From NCBI GenBank assembly GCA_965223505.1, contig CBDCWP010000039.1, forward strand, positions 32,001-96,000: a DNA stretch of 64,000 nt, given 5' to 3'. The notes beneath the pieces are model-generated. The model was not told the origin of the DNA, searched no databases, and saw only the letters and a list, made by a program, of their open reading frames with translations. A program made the translations under genes and the position numbers. Numbering within the stretch: the first letter of the stretch is position 1; each line of letters begins with the position of its first letter. This DNA is from Planctomycetota bacterium. GTDB lineage: Bacteria; Planctomycetota; PLA2; JAEUHO01. Shown here piece after piece: positions 10,166-18,787 of this stretch.

Positions 10166-10648
10166 ATGACGGACGTCGACACGACGGGCGAAGACGCGAT
10201 TCGCGAATACGACCGGATCAAGGTGCGCATGCTCACGAACGACGATCTCGACGCGGTCGTGCGCATCGACAAGCGTTCCACCGGCGAGGCGCGACGCGAC
10301 TACTTCGAGCTCAAGCTGAAGCAGGCCATGGAGGACACGCGCATCGTCGTGTCGCTGGGCGCCGAGATCGACGACGCACTCGTCGGCTTCTTGATGGGCA
10401 AGCTCTACTACGGCGAGTTCGGGATCGCGGATCCGGTGGCGATCCTCGACACGATCGGCGTCGAGCCGGAGCGCGCGCGAGAGGGCATCGGCAAGGCGAT
10501 GCTCGAGCAGTTTCGGATGAACCTGCGCGTGCTCGGGATCGAGAAGATCCAGACGCAGGCCGGGTGGAACGAGTGGCGGCTGCTGCGTTTCCTCGAGGCG
10601 CAGGGCTTCGAACCCGTGCCGCGCCTCTCGTTGGAAGCTCGCATCTAG
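10166..10648 (+). CDS. GNAT N-acetyltransferase (BadL-like)
   Basis: RBS AAAGGAAA; VGFLMG..YYGEFG, LDTIGV.PERAREGIGKAML (acetyl-CoA motif A), FLEAQGF. Confidence 0.75.
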   Translation: MTDVDTTGEDAIREYDRIKVRMLTNDDLDAVVRIDKRSTGEARRDYFELKLKQAMEDTRIVVSLGAEIDDALVGFLMGKLYYGEFGIADPVAILDTIGVEPERAREGIGKAMLEQFRMNLRVLGIEKIQTQAGWNEWRLLRFLEAQGFEPVPRLSLEARI

Positions 10649-10717
10649 CTGTCGAGCGCCCCTGCCGACGCCCTACAATCGCCGCGCAACTGACGTTGGT
10701 AGGGATGGAGCACGCCC

Positions 10718-12235
10718 ATGCGCACGTTGTCGTGGCTGTCGTTGATCTGCGTACTCGCGTCGGGCCCGGTGCTCGCGAAGGAAAAGGACAGTGACGAGCC
10801 CATTCTGAACGGTGAGATCGGCGCGCAGCTCGACCGCGCCATCCTTCAGGACGCGCCGAAGCTGTGGGGCTCGGTCCTCGTCGCGCGCGACGGCGAGATC
10901 CTGCTGGCGAAGGGGTACGGCTTCGCCGACTACGCTTCCGAGCCGAACACGCCGCGCACGCTGCACGAGATCGCGTCGGCCAGCAAACAGGTGGCGGCGA
11001 CCGCCGTCATGCACCTGCATCAGCGCAAAAAGCTCAAGGTCACGGACTCGATCGGCAAGTATTTCAAGAAGGTTCCGGACGACAAGAAGTCGATCACCAT
11101 CCACCACCTGCTGACACATACCTCCGGCATCTCCGGCAACGTCGGCGTGCCGTACGCGTCGCCGCTCAACCGCAAGGACTACGTCAAGCAGATGATGGCG
11201 GAGCCGCTCGTGAACGAGCCGGGCGCCGTGTACGAGTACGCCAACGTCAACTACGCGCTGGCGGCCGCGATCGTCGAGGAGGTGTCGGGCAAGGACTTCG
11301 AGGACTACTGCGAGAAGCACCTCTTCAAGCCGGCCGAGTGCAAGGACACCGGTTTCATCACCGACAAGGACCTGAAGAAGAGCGGCCGTGCCTCCGCGCG
11401 GCAGGGTGAGCCCAGCAAGACGGCCGCAGACTGGCACTACGGCTGGGGCTACCGCGGCATGGGGGGCGTCGTCACGACGGTGCTCGACCTGTTCCGATGG
11501 GATCGGGCGCTGCGCGGCGACGACGTGCTGAAGGACGAGGCGAAGGCGCTGCTCTACACGCCTTACAAGAATCACTACGCATACGGGTGGAACGTCAACT
11601 GGACGGATCGCGGCACGCGCAAGGTGCATCACTCGGGCGCAGTGAAGGGCTACGGCGCGAACGTCATCCGTTACCTCGAGGACGACGTGTGCATCTTCGT
11701 GCTCTCCAACAACGGAGAGAACGCCTTCAAGGCGACGGGCGCCGTCGAGAAGCTGCTGTTCGAGCCGGTTTCGATCCCGGTCGAGCTCGACATGCAGCCG
11801 TTCGGCGGCGGCGGAAAGACGGTCAAGCTGCCGGCGAAGATGACGTGGAAGGCGTCGAAGAAGAAGAAGAACGTCATCCTGCAGCTCAAGCACAAGAACG
11901 ACGTCGCGATGGAGCTTCAGATCCCGAAGGGGACGTACGCGAAGATGGTCGTCGCCGATCTCGAACAGGCGGTGCGGTCGCGGGAAGCGGACGACGACGG
12001 CGAGAAGCCGGCGGTCGAGGCCGAGATGCACCTGCGGGGCTACGGCCCGTCGGCGAAGATCCGCCATCCGTTCGGTTCGATCGAGATCCGGGCGGAGTTC
12101 CGCATGAAGGACGGGGTCGAAAAGCGAGCGACCTTCATCCTGAAGGACACGCGCTCGGGCGCGTGGACGGGGTGGGTCAAGATGAACCTGGCATCCGCCA
12201 AGCAGCTGTTGGCGTGCATGCGGAAGGCGATGTAG
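10718..12235 (+). CDS. Secreted serine hydrolase, beta-lactamase/AmpC-like family, with C-terminal extension
   Basis: Signal peptide; SxxK (SASK), LLTHTSG, YxN (YAN), HSG; TACAAT -10-like box at 10674-10679. Confidence 0.85.
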   Translation: MRTLSWLSLICVLASGPVLAKEKDSDEPILNGEIGAQLDRAILQDAPKLWGSVLVARDGEILLAKGYGFADYASEPNTPRTLHEIASASKQVAATAVMHLHQRKKLKVTDSIGKYFKKVPDDKKSITIHHLLTHTSGISGNVGVPYASPLNRKDYVKQMMAEPLVNEPGAVYEYANVNYALAAAIVEEVSGKDFEDYCEKHLFKPAECKDTGFITDKDLKKSGRASARQGEPSKTAADWHYGWGYRGMGGVVTTVLDLFRWDRALRGDDVLKDEAKALLYTPYKNHYAYGWNVNWTDRGTRKVHHSGAVKGYGANVIRYLEDDVCIFVLSNNGENAFKATGAVEKLLFEPVSIPVELDMQPFGGGGKTVKLPAKMTWKASKKKKNVILQLKHKNDVAMELQIPKGTYAKMVVADLEQAVRSREADDDGEKPAVEAEMHLRGYGPSAKIRHPFGSIEIRAEFRMKDGVEKRATFILKDTRSGAWTGWVKMNLASAKQLLACMRKAM

Positions 12236-12602
12236 GGGCGGCGCCCGCGACCGACCGATGGCGTCTCGGGCCGAACGTCGGGATCGGGATCGGGATGTAG
12301 GGGCGGCCCTCGTGGCCGCCCAATTGGTCACGTCCCTCAATGGGCAGCCACAAGGGCTGCCCCTACGGGGGATCATCACGTGCACGTGAACGTGCACCTG
12401 ATCGTGCACGACACCCGGGACCGCGACGCGGGGGATGTAGGGGCGACCCTCGTGGTCGCCCAATTGGCCACGTCCTTCAGGGCAGCCACAAGGGCTGCCC
12501 CTACAGGGGATCATCACGTGCGCGTGAACGTGCACGACACCCGGGACCGCGACGCGGGGGATGTAGGGGCGACCCTCGTGGTCGCCCAATCGCGGCCCCT
12601 AC
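12232..12602. repeat. Cluster of GTAG-type REP palindromes (REPIN/BIME-like)
   Basis: GTAGGGGCG(G/A)CCCTCGTGG(C/T)CGCCC at 12297, 12437, 12563 (degenerate copy at 12232); inverted GGGCAGCCACAAGGGCTGCCCCTAC at 12342 and 12480; tandem periods of 140 and 126 bp. Confidence 0.9.
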
Positions 12603-13375
12603 GGATCCGCAGCCAGGTATCGCGCCGCCGGATCCTGACCGAAAAAGTCGCGCAGGACCTCGTACAGCTCCGGAAGCTCCTCCTGCATGTCCACCGGCAT
12701 CTCGAAGAACGTCTCCGTCGCGACCGCGAAGAACTCGGCTTCGTTCGTGGCCCCGTACGGATCGAGGAGCGTGTCGACGTCGTTCTCGTCCTCCTCGCAC
12801 AGCTGCTCGTAGGCACGCGTCATGACGTCCGCCCAGCGCACGGCCGCCTCACGCGATGGCAGCGGGGGCGTGCCGTCGATGACGCCCGACTCGAAGTCGA
12901 GCTTGTGCGCGAACTCGTGCAGCGCGACGTTGACGCCGTCTTGCCCGTACTGCGCCCCGTCCAGAACCTGGTCCCAGGACAGGATCACGGGTCCGCGGTA
13001 CCACGCCTCGCCGGCGTGCTCGGCGTCCTCCGCGTAGATGCCGTCCTCCAGATGCCGCGGGCCGACCCGGTACGACGACGGGTACACCAGAATCGTGTCG
13101 AACTGCGGGTAGTAGTCGTGCTCGAGGCCAAGGAGCAGCAGCGCCGCGTGGCCGGCGATCACGACCTGCATCTCTTCCGTCAGGGTGAGGCCGCCGCACC
13201 CCTCCCAGTGCTTCTCCGCGACGATGACCCGCAGGATGTCGTGCAGCGTGCTCTTCTCGGCCGCGGCCAGTGTCCCGTAGAACGGAAGCGCCTCGAGGGC
13301 CCGGACCCAGTCCTCCGGGAACGGTTGCGCCAACAGCCTCCGGCGCCGCCGTCGTTTGAGCCATGAGAAGACCAT
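12599..13375 (-). CDS. mtfA: Zinc-dependent peptidase, M90/MtfA family
   Basis: GEAWYRGPVILSW, NVALHEFAHKLD, DPYGATNEAEFFAVATETFFE. Confidence 0.88.
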   Translation of the reverse strand: MVFSWLKRRRRRRLLAQPFPEDWVRALEALPFYGTLAAAEKSTLHDILRVIVAEKHWEGCGGLTLTEEMQVVIAGHAALLLLGLEHDYYPQFDTILVYPSSYRVGPRHLEDGIYAEDAEHAGEAWYRGPVILSWDQVLDGAQYGQDGVNVALHEFAHKLDFESGVIDGTPPLPSREAAVRWADVMTRAYEQLCEEDENDVDTLLDPYGATNEAEFFAVATETFFEMPVDMQEELPELYEVLRDFFGQDPAARYLAADP

Positions 13376-13431
13376 GGGGCGATTGTGGCACACAGGGCAG
13401 AATGGCGGCGCGAGTCGAAGGGAGGCCGGAG

Positions 13432-15576
13432 ATGACCCGGGACGGTGCGACGGTCGCACGCACGCGCAGCGTCGGACGGACGCTCCTGCAGATCCTCGTC
13501 TTCGGCATCCTCCTGCCCGCCGCGCTCATCTGGGGGCTGGGTCACTTCACCTCACGAGAAGCGGTCCGTCTCATGTGGCAGGGACTCTCCAAGGAGATCG
13601 CCGGCCACTCCGTCGAGAGCACGCTGCGCTACCTCGAGACGGGGGAGACCGCGCTCGCGCTCAACTCCTCGATGGTCGATCTCGGGCTGACCGACCCGGC
13701 GAACCGCAAGTCGATGCTCGAGTACTTGTTGGCGGGACTGAAGGCGAACCCGAATGTGACCTGGTACTCGTTCGGCGGTGCCGATGGCGTGTACCTGAGC
13801 GCCTACAGGCCGCCGACGTCGGAGGGCGGCTACCGGGTCACGTGGCGCGAGCAGGTCGAAGGCGGAGCGCTCTACCGCGACTTTCGCGTCGAAGACGACG
13901 GCACCTGGACCCCGCTCCCCGAGAAGACGCAGCCCTACGACTGCCGCACGCGTGTCTGGTACAAGGCCGCGCTCGAGCGCGAGGGGCCGGTTTGGTCGAA
14001 GCCCTTCCTCTTCGCGTCCGGCCCGCCCGGCTTCATCCTCTCGTCCAAGGTGCAGCGCGCCGACGGGACGTTTCTCGGCGTGTGGGGCATCGAGTACGAG
14101 ATGTCCTACGTCTCGGACTTCCTCAGCAGGCTCGAGATCGGAACAGACAACAAGGGCCGCGCGTACCTCGTGACCGCCGCGGGCGAGGTCATCGGACACC
14201 CGGAAGTCGGCGAGAAGATCGGCGAGGCCGACGGCTTCATCGTCACCGAGCAGGACGGCAAGAAGGTGATCGCCACTGCGGCGAACCATCGCGACGAGCG
14301 GCTTCGACAAGCGTTCCTGCGCTCGCAGACGATGTCCGACGAAGAGATGAACCGCCGTTTCGAGATCGACGGAGAGCCGTATTTCGCGGCCGTGCAGCGC
14401 TTTCCCGAGACGAGCCGGCTCGACTGGACGATCCTGATCGTCGTGCCGCAGGACGACATTCTCGGCGACATCCCGCGCAACGAGATCTACGCGGCGATCG
14501 CGGCGATCGTGATCGCGGTCATGTTCCTGCTGTTCGCGCAGCGCTACGCGTCGCGCCGGATCACGCAGCCGCTGAAGAGCATCGCGCGCGAGTTCGAGGA
14601 GATGTCGAGCCTGAGCACGGAGCAGACCCCGAGTGCGGACGATTCACCCGTGACCGAGGTGGCCGGCATGATGCGCGCGCGCGAGGTGATGCGAACCGGG
14701 CTGCGTTCGTTCAAGAAGTACGTGCCATTGGACCTCGTGCGTCAGCTGATGGAGAGCGGTCGTGCGCCCGAGCTCGGCGGCGAGCGGCGCTCGATGACCG
14801 TGATGTTCTCCGACGTCGTGGACTTCACGCGGATCAGCGAGGAGCTCGGCGAGCCGGAGGAGCTCGTGAGCGCGCTGGCGGAGTACCTCGACGTGATGAG
14901 CGCGATGATCGCGAAGCAGAACGGGACGGTCGACAAGTACATCGGCGACGCGATCATGGCCTTCTGGGGTGCGCCGCAGGAGAACCCCGAGCACGCGCTC
15001 TCGGCGTGCCACGCGGCCTGGGCGTCGCAGCAGGCGCTCTCGGCGTTGCGCATGCGCTGGGGCGCGGAGGGGCATCCGCTGTTTCGCGCCAAGATCGGCA
15101 TCAACACCGGCGAGATGCTGGTGGGCAACATCGGCTCGGAGCGGCGGATGGACTACACCGTGATGGGGGACGCGGTGAACCTCGCCAGTCGCATCGAGGG
15201 GCTGTGCGCGATCTACGGACTCGAGATCGCGGTCGGCGAGAACACCTGGGATGCGGTGAAGGGGGAATTCGAGGGCCGGCCGGTGGACTGTGTCGAGGTG
15301 AAGGGCAAGTCGAAGTCGGTCGTGTTCTACGAGCTGCTGGGGCCGAAGGGCACTGTGTCGGCGCAGGTGCTGGCGTTCGGCGCGGCGTACACCGAGGCGT
15401 TCGAGCGGTATCGCGCACGGGGGTTCGATGCGGCGTGCGCGGCGTTCCGGACGGCGCACGAGATGCGTCCCGAGGACGTGGCCGCGCGGGAGATGGTGTC
15501 GCGGTGTGAGGCCTATCAGCGCGAGCCGCCGCCTGACGACTGGACGGGGGCGGTCCGATTGACGCGGAAGAGCTGA
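13432..15576 (+). CDS. Membrane class III adenylate/guanylate cyclase with Cache-like sensor and HAMP-like linker
   Basis: Two TM segments around an R.R.WY Cache-type region; FSDVVDFT, DKYIGDAIMA, GINTGE, YTVMGDAVNLASRIE. Confidence 0.9.
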   Translation: MTRDGATVARTRSVGRTLLQILVFGILLPAALIWGLGHFTSREAVRLMWQGLSKEIAGHSVESTLRYLETGETALALNSSMVDLGLTDPANRKSMLEYLLAGLKANPNVTWYSFGGADGVYLSAYRPPTSEGGYRVTWREQVEGGALYRDFRVEDDGTWTPLPEKTQPYDCRTRVWYKAALEREGPVWSKPFLFASGPPGFILSSKVQRADGTFLGVWGIEYEMSYVSDFLSRLEIGTDNKGRAYLVTAAGEVIGHPEVGEKIGEADGFIVTEQDGKKVIATAANHRDERLRQAFLRSQTMSDEEMNRRFEIDGEPYFAAVQRFPETSRLDWTILIVVPQDDILGDIPRNEIYAAIAAIVIAVMFLLFAQRYASRRITQPLKSIAREFEEMSSLSTEQTPSADDSPVTEVAGMMRAREVMRTGLRSFKKYVPLDLVRQLMESGRAPELGGERRSMTVMFSDVVDFTRISEELGEPEELVSALAEYLDVMSAMIAKQNGTVDKYIGDAIMAFWGAPQENPEHALSACHAAWASQQALSALRMRWGAEGHPLFRAKIGINTGEMLVGNIGSERRMDYTVMGDAVNLASRIEGLCAIYGLEIAVGENTWDAVKGEFEGRPVDCVEVKGKSKSVVFYELLGPKGTVSAQVLAFGAAYTEAFERYRARGFDAACAAFRTAHEMRPEDVAAREMVSRCEAYQREPPPDDWTGAVRLTRKS

Positions 15577-15616
15577 TGCATGTATGCGAGCGACCGAACG
15601 CGGCCGTGTGGCCGTA

Positions 15617-17164
15617 CTACCACCTCAGCTTCGCCCACTCGCTCAGCATGTTGTCGTCCGTGATGACGCGCGCGGATCCGATGCGTGCGAGCAGACTCTC
15701 CTTCGACTCGAAGGCGCTCGCGGCGCTGCTCGTCAGGTCGTCGCCCTTGGCAAGGAGCTCGCGAATCCGCTTCTCGTGAAGCGGGTCGTCCGGGTCGAAC
15801 GCCGGCGCGCCGTCGATCTCGATGCCGCGCATCACGCGCTCCCAGCGATCCCGGTCGAATCGAAGCGGCGCGTCGCTCACGAGCATGCACGTATCGATGC
15901 GCACCCCGTGCGCGAACACCGCGAGGGACGTCTTCATGATGTCCTCGGAGCGGGTCGTGTTGATCAGGAACATGCCGCCCGGCTTCAGGTGCGCCCGCGC
16001 GATCTCCTGGTACTCGCGAGAGACCAGGTTCGTGATGTGCGCGCGGTGATGCTGGGTCGTGTTCTGCACGATCACGTCGAATTTCTCGTCCGGATGACGC
16101 AGCAGCCACCGGCGGCCGTCGTCGACGTGGATCGCTACCCGCGGGTTGTCGAGCAGCGACGCGACGTCCGGGTACTCGGGGATGAGCTCGAGGTAGGCCG
16201 GGTTGATCTCGACGATCTCGAGGTGCTCGACCCCCGGCATGTTGACGACGACCTGGGCCCAGGGGCCCATGGCCAACCCGATCATGAGGACCCGCTTCGG
16301 AGCGGGGTGGAAGGCGCCGACCGCGAGCGGACGCACGAGCCGGTTCTCGTCGCGCACGAGGTCGACGGTGACGAGCCCGTCGTAGGTGCCGCCGCCCCAG
16401 ACGGTTCCCTTCGTGTCGATGGCGACGACGCCGTGCCGGTTCTCGAGCACGCGCTCGAACGTCTCGCCTTCTACGTAGGCGTTCTTCCAGAGCAGTCGTT
16501 CGTAGAGCGCCGCGTGAACCCGCGGCGAGGCGAAGACGCAGCCGCAGACCAACGCCGCGCCCGTGGCCACCGTCGCCAGCGCGATCGACCTGCGAAGGCC
16601 CGTTCCGAGGATCAGCAGCGTCGAAACGGCGGTACCGGCCGTCACGAGCCCGAGCGCGATCTGTTGGAAGGTGAGCAGGTCGAGCAACACGAATCCCGTG
16701 ATGAACGTGCCGGTGACCGACCCGGCGATGTTCCACGCGAAGAGGGCCGCGACGCGCGAGCCCGCACGATCGTCCGGCGGGCTGGCGAAGTGCGTGATGA
16801 GCGGGAGCGTCGCGCCGAATGCGCCCGCCGACAGGCCGACCAGCACGAGCATCAACCGCCAGCCGCGGAAGGTGACCAGCCACGCGGTGACGGGAACGAC
16901 GGCGAACGCCAGCAGATTGGCGGCGAACAAGAGGATCGCGACGTAGCGCAGGTGCCGCGGCGCGCCCGCGCCGACCTGTGTCGAGCACAGCTTGCGCACG
17001 GCCAGAGAGCCGACGGCGATGCCGGCCAGGTAGGCGCCGAGCAAGATGCCGAACGATGCCGAGGATGCGCCGGTGAGAAACGAGTACGCGCGGACCCAGA
17101 GCAACTCGTAGGAGAGCGTGATGAATCCCGTGGCGCAGACGACGGCGTGGGGCACGTACCTCAT
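15617..17164 (-). CDS. Membrane-bound spermidine-synthase-like/SAM-dependent transferase
   Basis: TM block (YELLWVR, GATLPL, NIAGS) followed by PKRVLMIGL, VEINP, DDGRRWL, FDVI, REY..ARAHLKPGG. Confidence 0.8.
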   Translation of the reverse strand: MRYVPHAVVCATGFITLSYELLWVRAYSFLTGASSASFGILLGAYLAGIAVGSLAVRKLCSTQVGAGAPRHLRYVAILLFAANLLAFAVVPVTAWLVTFRGWRLMLVLVGLSAGAFGATLPLITHFASPPDDRAGSRVAALFAWNIAGSVTGTFITGFVLLDLLTFQQIALGLVTAGTAVSTLLILGTGLRRSIALATVATGAALVCGCVFASPRVHAALYERLLWKNAYVEGETFERVLENRHGVVAIDTKGTVWGGGTYDGLVTVDLVRDENRLVRPLAVGAFHPAPKRVLMIGLAMGPWAQVVVNMPGVEHLEIVEINPAYLELIPEYPDVASLLDNPRVAIHVDDGRRWLLRHPDEKFDVIVQNTTQHHRAHITNLVSREYQEIARAHLKPGGMFLINTTRSEDIMKTSLAVFAHGVRIDTCMLVSDAPLRFDRDRWERVMRGIEIDGAPAFDPDDPLHEKRIRELLAKGDDLTSSAASAFESKESLLARIGSARVITDDNMLSEWAKLRW

Positions 17165-17796
17165 TGCGCCGCCCCCGATCGGGTCGACCCGAGATACTGG
17201 AAGATGACGAAGAGCCCGACCGCGCCGTTGCAGGCGGCGGCGAGCATGATCGTGCCGGACTGGCCGAGGTGACGCAGGAGCAGGACGACGGTCGCGACGG
17301 ACGCCACTGCGGACCCGGCGGTGTTGACGAAGTACAGCAGGCCGACGGAGCTCCCGACGTTCTGCGTTCGCCGGACGAGATGGGCGACGAGCAGCGGCAG
17401 GGTCGCGCCCATGAGCAAGGTCGGGAAGAGGACGAGCAGGAAGGTGATGAGGGCCGTCGCGACCTCGGACATGTGCAGCGTGAGCGATCCGATGTAGGCG
17501 AACAGCTGGAGCGAGAAGAAGCCGTAGGCGCCGATCCCGATCTCGATCAGCCCGAAGTACAGCAACACGGGCCGCGAGGGCTTCCGAGAGAACGCGCCGC
17601 CCACCGTGTTGCCGATCCCGAGGCCGAGCAGGAACGCCATGACGACGACCGTGACGGACTCGATGTTGATTCCGTAGATCGCGAAGAGGGACCGTTGCCA
17701 GGCGACCTGATAGGCGAGCGCCGACGCGCCCGAGATCAGGAAGACCGCTCCGAGCCACAGCGGCGTCTTCCGAGTGGCGACACTGGCTTGGTGCAT
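17161..17796 (-). CDS. Membrane protein equivalent to the N-terminal TM repeat of fused spermidine-synthase-like proteins
   Basis: FLISGASALAYQVAWQR, AFLLGLGIG, PTLLMGATLPLL, LYFVNTAGS; ATGA overlap with downstream gene. Confidence 0.8.
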   Translation of the reverse strand: MHQASVATRKTPLWLGAVFLISGASALAYQVAWQRSLFAIYGINIESVTVVVMAFLLGLGIGNTVGGAFSRKPSRPVLLYFGLIEIGIGAYGFFSLQLFAYIGSLTLHMSEVATALITFLLVLFPTLLMGATLPLLVAHLVRRTQNVGSSVGLLYFVNTAGSAVASVATVVLLLRHLGQSGTIMLAAACNGAVGLFVIFQYLGSTRSGAAQ

Positions 17797-17942
17797 GTGC
17801 TCTCTTTCTCCCCTGCGGGGCGGATAGCCTCGCATCGCAGGACGTCAAACGCCGGGATTCTCTTTCGGATGCCGACGTGACCGGGTCCGGCGGCGCCCAC
17901 GGGAGCACCGATCTCGCCGCGGGGACGACATCCAGTTCGCCT

Positions 17943-18039
17943 GGGAGCGTGGAACGGCTGGGAGCGGTTGTCCCGGGGGTCTAGACTGCATGCGCAAGTC
18001 CCCGTAGCTCAGTTGGATAGAGCGTCGGATCCCTAATCC
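17943..18039 (+). pseudogene. Duplicated promoter region plus 5' half of tRNA-Arg (tRNA part 17998-18039)
   Basis: Near-identical to 18122-18219, offset ~180 bp, including the TAGACT -10-like box; breaks off at the end of the anticodon arm. Confidence 0.85.
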
Positions 18040-18177
18040 AGCGTGAGGGGTTTGGGGGGGGTAGGCACTAGCCCCCCAATGGAGCCCCGAGCTTGTCGAA
18101 GGGGCGACACCCAGTCCGCGCGGGAGCGCGGAACGGCTTGGGAGCGGTTGTCCCGGGGGTCTAGACTTCAAGCGCGA

Positions 18178-18254
18178 GTCCCCGTAGCTCAGTTGGATAG
18201 AGCGTCGGATTCCTAATCCGAAGGTCGCAGGTTCGAATCCTGCCGGGGATACCA
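18178..18254 (+). tRNA. tRNA-Arg (anticodon CCT)
   Basis: Cloverleaf GTCCCCG/CGGGGAT acceptor, GCTC/GAGC D-arm, TCGGA-TTCCTAA-TCCGA, GCAGG-TTCGAAT-CCTGC, encoded CCA; 77 nt. Confidence 0.97.
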
Positions 18255-18376
18255 CCTCTTCGATTCCGAATCCGGAACGAGCAGGTTCGAATCCTGCCGG
18301 GGATACCACTTCTCGATTCCGAATCCGAAACGAGCAGGTTCGAATCCTGCCGGGGATACCACCTTCTCGATTCCGA
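18255..18376 (+). repeat. Tandem repeats of the tRNA 3' half (53-54 bp period)
   Basis: GCAGGTTCGAATCCTGCCGGGGATACCA repeated exactly at 18281-18308 and 18334-18361, each preceded by TCGATTCCGAATCCG; a third partial TCGATTCCGAA follows. Confidence 0.92.
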
Positions 18377-18412
18377 AGGCCGGGCGCGGCAGCGGCAGTT
18401 TCCAAACAGAGC

Positions 18413-18787
18413 CTAGCCCACCTTGCTGTAGTGCCGCACCAGGTCGTCGAGCGTGATGATCCCGACCAGCCTTCCGTCCGTGCCGATCACCGGCAGCCGG
18501 CGCAGCTCACGTGACCTCATCGTGTCCTCGACCTCATCGAGGTCCGCGTCTTCCCGAACGGCAACGAGCGGCTTCGACATCAAGTCGTGCGCGCGCGCGT
18601 TCGGCTCGACCGCGTTCGACGCACGCTCCGCGAGATCGCGTTGCGTGAGGATTCCCAGCGGCCTCTCTCCGTCGGCAACGACGACCATGCGTACTTTCCG
18701 GTTCGCCATCAGCCCGGCCACCTCCAGCGCCGAGAGCGCCGGATCCACTGCGATGACTTCTCTGGTTCCAATCTCGGTAAGGCTCAT
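18413..18787 (-). CDS. CBS domain pair protein
   Basis: GILTQRDL, RRLPVIGTDGRLVGIITLDDL. Confidence 0.88.
   Translation of the reverse strand: MSLTEIGTREVIAVDPALSALEVAGLMANRKVRMVVVADGERPLGILTQRDLAERASNAVEPNARAHDLMSKPLVAVREDADLDEVEDTMRSRELRRLPVIGTDGRLVGIITLDDLVRHYSKVG

Noticed and set aside
12232..12602. CRISPR array, or CDSs (e.g. 10673-12589 -, 12340-12825 +, 12380-13366 +) across the repeat cluster
   Set aside because: Alternating inverted GTAG palindromes with repeated spacers fit REPs; the ORFs are translations of repeats or antisense shadows
18227..18376. CRISPR-like array (28-bp repeat, 25-26 bp spacers)
   Set aside because: The repeat is the tRNA 3' end, the spacers are near-identical to each other, and no cas genes are in the window
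17845..18405. 186-aa ORF with VVSPAGFEPA repeats
   Set aside because: Antisense translation of the tRNA and its repeats
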